Part shown: piece after piece, positions 34,201 through 45,265 of the stretch | Layout of the letters: each line of letters opens with the position of its first letter | How positions within the stretch are numbered: the stretch's first letter is position 1 | NCBI GenBank assembly: GCA_002633005.1 | Contig: NMRA01000527.1 | Coordinates: 186,001 to 250,000, forward strand | From: Phoronis australis | Lineage: Eukaryota; Animalia; Phoronida | Length of the DNA stretch: 64,000 nucleotides | Reading direction: 5' to 3' | Translations under genes and position numbers: made by a program | Notes under the pieces: model-generated | Database searches by the model: none | What the model saw: only the letters and a program-made list of their open reading frames with translations | What the model was told of the DNA's origin: nothing

Positions 34201-37200
34201 TAGAAGATTGGGACAGATAATCAATACGATAATGGTCGACATAAGTTATGTAACTGCTGCTGTGGATAATTCATATGCAACCCAACTGTCATCCACCAGA
34301 ACCCAACTACCTTCTTGCAAGATCTTGAGACCCCCCTAGGACACAACTATGTTCTTGTAAGATATATCCCTCCTAAGGATGTTGCGCTCATTCTTCAGTT
34401 ATTTTGTTACATAACGATAAACTAATTGCCAAAATAGTCATTTCTGAAATGCAAACGGTCAAAAATTTACCAGCATTTTCCGTAGATAAGCGCACCTGAT
34501 AAAACGCCATGGGATTTATTCGGAAAACTATGCTGAATAAAAGCCCATGAGCATTTATTTGGTGTTACAACATCTGGTGTCCAGATAGTTGGACAATCAT
34601 TCGAAAGATTTCCTCTTAAAAGCCCACTCAACGTCAACTTTTGTCACAAATTCAGTTTTGTGGAGCATTTATCGTTTACAACAACAAACAAGGTGTTGGC
34701 CAACAATGCATTTATTAACATAAAATTTAAAGCACAGCTTTAAGTAAAAAGTCAGTCGGCAAAACTATGACTTTCCGTTTACATTCCCCCCCATTTTCAA
34801 ATAAACACCCGGGCATTTATTTCCTGTAACTAAAACACCTGCAAATTTTCATTTTCCAAATACACACCCATGGGTTTATCTACGGAAAATCCCGGTAGTA
34901 AGTGTTATTCAGAGACAACTGCAAGTTGTATAAGCCACACAAACAACGAAGTTGATTGATATTACAGAAACTGTTTTTGCATTTTTTCGGTAAAAACGTC
35001 ATGAAAGGAATTTTAAACAAAAACTAATTTAGTTTAAAGTACCACAAGACACTCTTTCTATACGTAATCAAATGTCTTCAAAGAAACAAGAATAAAGTAG
35101 TTTTCAAAATGATTTTTAAATTTCTGGTGTTATGCCAAGAATATGGCTGCCCCAGTTGAACAGAGTTGATCTTCACTTTTTGTGAATTATCAATAAAAAC
35201 GCAAATACATGGAGGAAAACAAGTTACAAAATGTACTATTTGAGTTACGTCTCTCGGTGAAATTTCTTCGAGTTCTGAACTGGTGATAAGTAGAATTTCC
35301 TGGATCATGTATATTTTTGTAATAATTTCGTCAAGACAACACAACCGTGTTAAACAGTGAAGTATGACAATACTAGCTCGTCCTTGCGAGACATTACCCA
35401 ACTTGTTGGTGATTTATTCCTGAACTAGCCAAGACTCGAGGAAGTGTCATACATGTCAGAATCTTACATGGACGTCAACAAACGAGTTAGGTGTACACGT
35501 TACTACTGTCACACATTGTGATCAAATTGTGAAACAAGGAGACAGCTGGCAAGTCGGACTAAGCAACCAATGCCCCTGGTGGCGAAACGATAAAATGATC
35601 AGAATCTTACATATAGCGCAGAAGTGTCATCAAAATGTTGACTTCTACGCTTGAACGCCTCCAGCTATCTCAAGGCCACAATTCCCTCACGCGTCTAATA
35701 GGCAGTCGCGTGATCAAGCGCGATAATCACCTCGCGTGAGATGAAGCGCCTAGACTTGATAACACATGAAGCTGACAAAGATTTGTAGCCATGGGATACC
35801 ATGTCGTTTGATTATCACATTTTAATATTAGACTAATGCGTTCTCTGCAGGAGTTATAATAGTGAATGATAAGATATACTAAAAATAGGGTAAATTTGTA
35901 TCAGATGCATCTCTCACGCACATCCATGACAGCGTTTAAGCTGATGAATGCGTCAAAAATGTACTTGACAATTTATTTGACCATTCACTAGTAGAAATTA
36001 ACAGCAATTTTAATGCTCTACGACATTCCCAAATAGGAAAATGTGCACTCTTACACAGCGATCAAAGTAGATGTCCACAGTACAGAACTACACCTCCAAA
36101 ATATCAATCAAGTCAATAGACTAAAGGACTGCAGCTAAATCTATAATCATATTGACTAACTCAACAAAATGCTAGCTACTCAAGATGGCAATGTCCTACA
36201 CACAGCTTTGGTCAATAAGACATATCCCAAGCGAATAAATATCTGAAACGAGGTTCACGAGGTTCATGTCAATGAAGCGGTGAGAGGCAACAGAAACCTT
36301 ATTTTATTTTCTTCACTTATTTTGGAAATTGTCATTTCAAACACCATCTCTGCTAAAAATATCTTCAATTTCACTAAACACGTTTTGGGAGCTGTACAGG
36401 GCAAAGTATCCTAAAAATGATCTTGAATATCCATGGTGGCAATTTCTGCGCTTGAAATTTGACAACACTAAACAAAATTCACAGGTCACATTCTGCGCTA
36501 AATAGGACGACTTTTATTCATAGTCTTTTCAGAGAAAATTTTGTATACTTACACGGAATTAAACAGGTAAGCACGTCCCTGACTTCCTTGAAATGACTAC
36601 AATGAAATAAAATAATACTGTGACAAACATACACAGGGTACATTTAAGAAAATGTTTCCATGGAAACTCATTCAGCTGTAACCTTGCTGACAACATATTT
36701 CTATAAAAGAAATGAAAAATAACCGATAAGATCTCGTGTTGCACAAGTCTATTTTTAAAATATTACACTGGGTCAAACAATAAGAGATTGATATCGTATC
36801 AAAACAATCTATCTATAGTCAACTGCTTTGTCCTATTTTCTTTTTATCTATAACTTCGATGAGATTTAAATTGCTTTTGTGAACACCACAGAGTTTTAAC
36901 GGAACAATAGTGGGTGGTCCACATAAGCGTGGGAAATGCTTTTAATATTTTATCTGCATGGGTCACTTAGTTCAGTGAACAAATCGACAAATTACTTATT
37001 AACGTGGACAAATTGATCTCTGCAACGACTGAATACAGGTCACTTGTGAAAAACAGCAAACGACGACCCATTCTTTGCTTTCTTTGCTGAACTGTATACA
37101 TGAATTTCTACATAACATGAACTGTTGTTGAGAACTCAGCTCGGTTGAGTAAACAAGAACATGAATGGAGTTATTAAGTTAAAACCTCAATGGCTGAAAG

Positions 37201-38506
37201 CAATTTGAAACAAGTGCGCACTGCCTGACATTAGCTTTGTTTTCATCTTGAGTACAGTAATCATGTTAACACCGTTTGGTAGGATTTCACCGAGATGAAA
37301 CGTACCTGAGGTTGAAGTACGGTTCATGGGAATTAATTAAGGACATTCTGAGTAATTAAGTGAGTCAACCACAGGTAAACAGGTGTTATTTCACTTACTG
37401 GTATGTACACAGTAGCTTCCCCTATAACCCATGCATGTACACAGTAGCTTCCCCTATAACCCAAGTATGTACTAAAATTTCCCTATCCACATATAAATTA
37501 TCACTCGCCTCAAAAACACCCACGCACACACATAAACTAGCGCTCCTTCTCACTCAGTCCTCAAAGACATACAGCTATCACCTTGTGAATTTGGCAAGAT
37601 CCAGTGGCTTGTTAATGAGAGCATAGATCTTGTTAGGGTTCTTCCGTGTAGTTAGGCCATAGAGATGTTGGATTATGGGAGGAAATGGCACATTAATTTA
37701 TTTATGATTTAATTCCCCTGCACAAGCCTGGATTTCTCAAGGCAAGGGTGTTGCAAGTGAATAAATCCAGCTGTCACCTGAGGCGAACATGACTGCTGCA
37801 GCTAAAAAATGGTTAAAAAGCAGCTGCAGACAAGACCAGACATGACCAGACATGAGTAGACAAGACCAGACATGCTAGGACAAGTCTATATAATATGAAA
37901 ATATTACTCTAGTCACAGTCTTCTCCATCTCCATAACACCTTTACATCTAAATAAAACCGGAGTCAATCAGCTAGGCGTCAAGTCAAAGACCGAAACTCA
38001 TTTTGAATGAGAAGTCTGATGACCAACATTGTGTTCTTGAATAAGTGGACTTAGGTACCATAAATTTAAAGCTCATCACGGTAAAATCTCACCAATTTCG
38101 GACAAAACTAATTGCCAAAATCGCTCTTTTTTCATTTTTTAATGTCTTTTAATGTTGTTGTGAATGGCCACGTTTTTTCAAAATATTTCCTGTTGTTGGC
38201 TATGGTACAGAACTTGAACATGACAGAGCATGACTTTGGTGTAACTGATACCTCATCTGAAAATAAATGATAATTTTCCTTGTCCACCATCTTGTGTCCT
38301 AAATTGGCAAGATTCTACCTTAGTCTAAATACAATAACATTCGTGACAAGACATGTGGTAGTGGAGAGTCATGCATTGCCAGTACAACGATAGGACCGCA
38401 CCTTAGATATCAGCTCATCATGATTGGCTAGGTGAGCACGGCAGTGGACGCAGCTGTACGTCCGGTGGCACTGGCTAGGTAGGTATGCCTGGAACGTCTT
38501 CACCAT
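31276..38506 (-). CDS. YPEL: Protein yippee-like (YPEL1/2/3 subfamily), 121 aa from the AUG; exons complement(join(31276..31383,33270..33378,36553..36596,38402..38506))
   Basis: [35 protein letters not shown]|[15 protein letters not shown]|[36 protein letters not shown]|[35 protein letters not shown]. It has two CxxC zinc-binding pairs, is near-identical to vertebrate YPEL1-3, and has canonical splice sites. The ATG exon acceptor is at 38718/38719. Confidence 0.97.
34060..34116 (-). mobile_element. tRNA-derived SINE head (degenerate)
   Basis: The minus strand reads TGGCTCAGTGG (A box) ... GGGACCGAATCCTGGC (degenerate B box). No convincing cloverleaf. Confidence 0.5.
34470..34895. mobile_element. 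pogo/Tigger-type MITE, about 426 bp
   Basis: Imperfect TIRs CCAGCATTTTCCGTAGATAA / TTATCTACGGAAAATCCCGG flanked by TA on both sides. Confidence 0.75.
37828..37887. promoter_or_regulatory. Six abutting 10-bp units resembling p53-family half-sites (RRRCWWGYYY) in a YPEL intron
   Basis: AGACAAGACC AGACATGACC AGACATGAGT AGACAAGACC AGACATGCTA GGACAAGTCT. All keep RRRCWWG and the last unit is a perfect match. Function is inferred. Confidence 0.5.
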
Positions 38507-38605
38507 GGTTCCTGTAGAGGTCTCTGACCAGACCGGTGAACCAACAGGACTGTCAGCCAGAGAACTATCACAACACAATCGACGGTATATCCACCAGCAA
38601 GCCGT
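38507..38605 (-). CDS. YPEL: Candidate ACG-initiated 33-aa N-terminal extension of YPEL: (M)[32 protein letters not shown]
   Basis: ACCACC-ACG-G at 38605 is in frame with the AUG at 38506 with no intervening stop. The frame is closed 9 nt further upstream by TAA (38615..38617). Confidence 0.65.
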
Positions 38606-38614
38606 GGTGGTTCC

Positions 38615-38623
38615 TTACGCCAT
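38615..38623 (-). promoter_or_regulatory. Minimal uORF (ATG GCG TAA) in the YPEL 5' leader
   Basis: Directly visible. It is the only AUG in the 38507..38718 leader portion of this exon and is in the same frame as the ACG and the main AUG. Confidence 0.7.
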
Positions 38624-40648
38624 GCAGCACAATAGCAAAGTCAATTTTTCAGTGTGCGGTTGATCCACTCGTCTCTCCCTATTTCCTGCGTGGACACTTT
38701 TAAGAAGTCTTGTCAAGTCTGCAAACAGAAATAACACAGACTTTACTGCCTACATGTTGATAGTGAGAACTCCTGTTAAATGGGCTATAACCTGCCTTCC
38801 GTGACATTGGCGTCAACCTATTCCTTATGGTAAAAATTCTCCAGTTCTGGATAGTAAAAAATTATTATTTTACTCAAGGTCGCAGCTCGTACCAAATTTT
38901 AGAAACAGCCAATACTGGCCGTCCCAAATTCAAGAATCATGAAAAAGACAAATTTTGCACTAGCAGTTATTTTCGAAAATTTCATCTCTGACTTCGCTGA
39001 TACAGAATGCAGATATTTGAGAAACACAGCGAACACCAAATTTCAGTGTCTCAATCCCATATTTACAAATTTAAGTCAAATTAGAGGCGATTTCTTAGCT
39101 TGGGAAGAACAAGCAGGTTAGCATACTGCTTGAGACCAGGGACAACAAACTGGGTAATGCCACAGCGGAATGATTTATGTAAGAGTACGGACTCAAGCAA
39201 CGGACTGTCAGTTTTGTCAAACGAAACAAACTACTTTCCATTTGAGTACAGGAACAAGTTGAGATCTGTTTTAAAGTTCAAAAGTTTAATTTCTTGATGC
39301 CATGCAGGTTCATAGGCACTTTAAAATATTCGCGATTATATTTTTTACAGAACGAGAAAAGCACAAAATGACAAGATAGGAACAAAAACAACCAGGTACA
39401 CCAAACGGTGCTCGGGGAGGGCAACGTAGCACACTTACTGGCGGAGTACATGCAATCTCAGTTGGATGATCTCCAAATTTCAAATTCAAGGTAGTCGTGC
39501 ACTTAAATGACATCATAGTCGTCAACAACAACAACCATGCATCAGGAACACTATTAAATACTCTTTGAACAGGATACCATGGAGCAAATTAAACCAGTTT
39601 CATAATCAGCCCACTTCCAACGACGTGCAATAAATCACACTTCAGATCAATAGCAAAAGAGTACATCTACCGGGTATAGCAGCAGAAAAACAAAAACGTT
39701 GTGAGATTATAGATTCATTCGTTAAACGAAGATTAATAAGTGACAGTGCACTACGGGAGCGTTTACGAGTTTGAATAAACATGGCGTGACAACATTTGTA
39801 AAATACTCTCAAAGCCTGATAGTTGAAAGTTAGATTCAAAAATGTACTAAACTTGTAATATGACCTGGTAGAAAAAAAATCATGTTTTCCAAAAACGGCA
39901 TATCAACATCGTAAAGGCCAAACATCATAAACAAAAACTCCATTTGCATCAAAAATCCGATTTAATCAAGGCATCTCGATCAATTCAAAATATTAACAGC
40001 AAAGCACAGACGATCACAAGAGACTGCCACAAGAAGATGATTAGCCATGAAACACACAACTGTTTAACTGCTGTCGACATCAACCTCTCTCAGACATTCT
40101 CAAGGTCTGATGCTACAGCAGTGGGCAGTCAATTGCACAGAGTGCTCTCAGCTACTAGCTTTTTACATGCTGTCATCGAATAGTGTATTGATTTTTCACC
40201 TGTCTCAGAAAAACACCTAAACTCCACAAAGGTCTACTTTTAACAACACTATTTACAAACCAAAACAGACTAGCTCGCAACATAACACGGTGAAGGCATA
40301 TTGAAGCCATTGCAAATTCAATTTCGTACAAAACCCTCAAAGAGATGGCCACACAGCAGGACCCAATTTGACAACCTGCAGCTCAACAAGGCGACCTCAG
40401 ATTTTGTGTGTTAGAAATCCCAAGTCGTTACAATCTGACTGGATTTTTGCGAGTAGCAACTATGTCAGACAAGAAAGAATGCACCAACAATTCGCTTTGA
40501 AATTTGTGGGGACTTCTTAACTTTAAAAATTAATTACACGTTTTCCAAATACACTACACTTGGTTCACTACTATTCCATTCTTTTTACAAAATCAGCATA
40601 CATGTCACTCTCAAGACACATCCGAGCACGCACTCAATGCACGTACTA

Positions 40649-40807
40649 CCGTAATCGTTCGGGTTAACGCCCTGGGCGGTTAAATTGGCGAATCCAAAAA
40701 ATCGGGGGAGGGCAGTTAACCGAGCAGTGGGCGGTTAAATCGAAAATCCACTTAAAGTCGGGGATAGGCGGTTAACTGAGCATGGGCGTTAACCCGAACG
40801 ATTACGG
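40649..40807. mobile_element. pogo/Tc1-mariner-type MITE, 159 bp
   Basis: Perfect 24-bp TIRs CCGTAATCGTTCGGGTTAACGCCC, TA duplication on both sides, and repeated internal GGGCGGTTAA motifs. Confidence 0.9.
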
Positions 40808-41431
40808 TATAACAGGAAGTAAACAGACAGGACGCATGCACAAACAATGTGTTCTGATCTGCTTTCTTCTTCGATAAGACAGCTGAATGTGAAACAGGTT
40901 GTCATTGCGCACACCTACTTATCCATAATTTCCGATTAACCACAAAAGAAAAAAATGGCACCAGGGCATTTTTCATTATCGTAGCGGACATTTGACCCCT
41001 GTATAGTGCCAGATGTCCTACTTCTTCAATTCTGTTTTTTCATTTTCAAATGTTGGCAACACAAGCCGCATCAAACCCAAATGCAATTTAAAGTACCGGT
41101 AACTGTTGTTTGTGAAGGCCAGGACTTTCACATTGCTGCATACGGGTTTCTTGGTTTTGATGAGCTCATCTACCACCTGGGAATTTTGGTGAGTTGATTT
41201 GATACTGAGCATTGAGCTCGACAACCACAATAGGCAATGCTTGACAAGTCAAAAGCGTGTTACCGAGTTGTCATGACAGAAGAATTCAACAGGGTATTAA
41301 CGTACATGATCGACTAATCACAGCAACACCCAGATGGTCATATATATTCTCTTTTTGCATAGAAATGGAGAAGACAATGTTTCAGCATGTCCATGCCAGC
41401 GCATTCATTAATTATGCTCGCATTGCAAGAA

Positions 41432-41688
41432 AGCAACAGCTGTCACAGGAGAGAGGTGATTAGACAGTGTCTTCACATTTGTGCAACAGCTGTCACAGGA
41501 TAGAGGTGATTGGACAGTGTCTTCACACTTGTGCAACAGCTGTCACAGGATAGAGGTGATTGGACAGTGTCTTCACACTTGTGCAACAGCTGTCACAGGA
41601 TAGACGTGATTAGACAGTGTCTTCACACTTGTGCAACAGCTGTAATAGGATAGAGGTGATTAGACAGTGTCTTCCCACTTGTGCAACA
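41432..41688. repeat. 50-bp minisatellite (GCAACAGCTGTCACAGGATAGAGGTGATTGGACAGTGTCTTCACACTTGT), about 5 copies
   Basis: Head-to-tail repeats with few substitutions. Confidence 0.95.
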
Positions 41689-44600
41689 CTTATACAACCA
41701 CCAGTGGGAGAACACAAACAGTGTCAGTCCAGGTTCAGTCAGTGTAAACTTTGTTGAAACCCTTTAGTCAAGCACGTACTGCCACTTGGCCAGCTATAAG
41801 AAAAATCCAATAGGAACAGAACAATCATTTCTTTGGATAATACTTCAACGGTTTTGCTCTAAAATAATAGCCAATGTTGTCATTTAATTAAAATTCTTAT
41901 TAAATCTAACTCGTTCACAAAAAAATCAAAATCGTATCATGTTTCATGGGAGGAGCCCAGTTCGAGCCACACCAACAATGAAGTTGAATGACCTGATATA
42001 TATTTTGACAAGATGTGTACTTTCATTGTGAATGACTTGATATGTATTCTCATTGTGAATTTTGGCCTAAATGCACCACCACTGCAGTGTATGCTTAACA
42101 TGTGAAGAATTATCATTAAGGATATATAAAACACCAACTTTCCACTCCGAGCTTGATATGGTGACTTGCACGTCACTAATGCAACCTCAGATTTCGTTTG
42201 ACGACCTGGTAAAAATCCCAAGTCACCATGAATTCGTCACCCATAAATCCAAGCACACGCTCAATAGACAGGAGATTAAACAAGACGGTGTCGGAACTGT
42301 TTAGTATGAAACAGTACGTTGATGACTCCTGCACACACAATAGATCTTAATCGATTGCACTTCCCTTAGCTGGTGAGAAGGGTGTGTGAATTACTAAGCC
42401 CAAGCTCACGATGCAGTCCCAAAAAAAAGGCCTTAGGAACATTTATACAGTTCGTCAGTTCTTCAATTCAGATATCTTGCCAACTATGTGTCGTTTTTTT
42501 GGGGCCATGACTTTCGTCCCTGTGTACGGGTTTCTTTTTCTTGGCAACCTCATCTCACAATTTTGCCAGGTCACATTTGGCGAGTTGACGTTACGCAAAG
42601 CATTGAGCCATGACACTCCAAGAGTAAAGTTAAATCCTTCAATCATTCAGTTATTTCGCGCACGAAAATAATTGTCAAGTTTGTCATTTTTTCTTTTTTT
42701 AAAGATGGGTTACCTAATGGCAAACAATGGAAACTTAACAAAATGTTGTTTAATGAGATCTAAAAATATCAAGCTAAAATGACTAAAATTTTCTTCCTCT
42801 TTATTTTTGAAGAGAAATTTGACCTGTCTACCATATTGTGCTTTAAACAGCTTAAGAATAACCGTTTGCACAGAATTTAAAAAAATATCCTCAGCCTGAA
42901 GTCACTTAGAAACAGAGTGACATTCCGTGACCTTTGAGCGAACTTGTTAAGCAGGGGATACTTCAGGCATTTTTGTGAATAAGCAATTCACAGTAAAAAT
43001 ATTCCCCAGAGCTTCAAAAGATTTCACACTGAAACCTTAGCCACATTGACCTTTAAAGTCCTGTAAAGTCATAAAAGATAGCATGGATCCAGTGAGCAGA
43101 TCCATTTCATGAGAAAAACATTGAATGGACACCTGGGTCTAATCATACATCTGTTGCAGAGACATAAAGAAACAATCCAACCTACGGCACTTTCAAAAGA
43201 AATAAGTAACATACATCAAACAGATCAGAAACTTCCACTGCCACTTAGCACCAGGTTCGACATACCTTCAGAAAATTTTGATGTACGCAAACCAAGATTT
43301 AATTTCGTAAACCAAGATTTAATTTCGCTTAAAGTAATTCACAGTCGTAATGTCATACAGATGGTGAACTGGTGCTTAAAGTACAATGTTTACATTTTAA
43401 AAGCATTCTCACCTCATAGTTATTATCATTTTAATTCCAATACCTGGGTTATTATCTCAAGAGCACTTGTGTTCTCCTCACTGCAAAAAGTTTGAAGTTT
43501 GACATAACGGGTTTGGCTTACTTGTGTCGAGTTTGAAAGCGTATGCAACGAGACCTGGACATAAGTCACTTCTTTGGCATAGCGGGACATTTTGGAGTTT
43601 CAGAACCAGGTCAATGCATTTATAGGGACACGAGCTTTGCCACTGTTATTCAATGCTTGCTTTGGGTTGTGCCACTGTGTAAAGTGCTAATGCAAATGCT
43701 TGGACTCGGGTTCTAGAGCTGAGGTTTGGACGCAACGAAGAGGGCAGGTGCAGAGGTTTGGATGGTGAAATGGATTCTAGGTTTGGAGGGTACAGTAGTT
43801 TCATTAAATGTGTCTATGACACTGTTACCGCTTCGGTGTAGTTACAAATTTCAAATGAAAAACAAATTAAATTTGAATTAATTTCTAAATGATGATGAAA
43901 ACCACTTCTTTGGAACATACAAACTTTCATGTAGAATTTTTAAATAAATTTTCAATTTCCGGTGGTGCACCAACAATATGATCAAACAAGCTGCAATCTA
44001 ATAAAAGCAAAATAAGTTATTTAAATACAACTGCCGAATGTATTCTTAGTCTTAGATAATAACTATACCTCATCAACTATTCACCTAATGTCTTTTTACA
44101 TACTGAGATGGAACATAATTTTTATTTATGGTAAACACAAAACAGTCTAATTGATATCAAAATATTTTCAAAAACTAAATATGACACATACTTGACAACT
44201 TAGAAAAAAAATTAGCATATTATCTACCCAATAGCGCATAAGTGTTTATACCAACATGTTTGCAAAAAGAAATTAATTAACATTAACAGTCAAAAAAGCA
44301 AACAGAACTGAAAGACAATTTGAGGTCTCCGGTAAACAAACTAAACATCAAGTGACCCAAACAGTGACAGTCGCAAAATCAACTCCCAATCTCAAAAAAC
44401 AGCCTCTACCCTAACATACACTCATAGCCTCCAGATATATGGTCAGCAATTTGCACTCTCCCTGGAGTACCATCCAATTCAGAACACCCACACAATAGTG
44501 TCCATTTGCAGAGCTATTATTTTGGTGGGAGGCCATGAAAGCAACAAAGGTCAGTGACTGATAAATGAAACCATTAACATAAGCCAAGGTAGTCAAGGTT

Positions 44601-45039
44601 GACAGCCTCGTTTTCAAAATAATGCACTGCAGGTAAAAAGCTGCAGGACTGCAGACGTGTCTAACGGCCACTTTTCGATATACTGGCGACACATAGAAAC
44701 TTGATGCGCACCTAGGCGGTAGAGTATTTGTGCGCAAATAAAGCAATCTTAGAACTCACCACAAGGAAAGTTCAGATGGCTGGGAGAAGTCGACCCTAAA
44801 CATAAAACGGCCACCTCAGATGTTGCCAACGGTTTTGTTTTAGTTGAAACTTCAAACGTTATTTCAATTGCATCACAGGACAGTTTAACAGCTTGCAATG
44901 TATAGTTTTGTAACTGGCACGATGCCAAGTTAGTATGGCAATTAACATCATCGCAAAATTAACTGCAAATTGTGACATCGAAAATCAATATAACCGCAAT
45001 TACGCGAATGTATTAAATAAATCGTGAAAAAGGTTTTAT

Positions 45040-45265
45040 CCAGTAAATTCTCCATTTTTATTTTGCACAAAACTAATTGCCAGAATTGTCACTTTACAAT
45101 TTTCTAAAAGCTGATTACCTCGCTGCAATGGATGGACACTGTACCAAATGCTGTAATATTACATCTATGGTAAGCAGTACAAAGTAACCAAATATTAGAC
45201 TAGCATTTTTATTCTTAGGCCTTTTTGAGGAGAAATTTAGCAAAATAGAATTTCACTTGTCAGCC
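45040..45265 (+). repeat. Old interspersed repeat family (other copies at about 27240, 38078, 42640 and 47145, and inverted at about 60380)
   Basis: The recurrent core GTAAA.TTCTCCA.TTT..GCACAAAACTAATTGCCA.AAT is seen in several introns. The copies are diverged and boundaries are approximate. Confidence 0.55.

Noticed and set aside
35078-35401. ORF containing SQGRA, resembling YPEL exon 2
   Set aside because: Chance match; the true exon [15 protein letters not shown] is at 36553..36596 with canonical splice sites.
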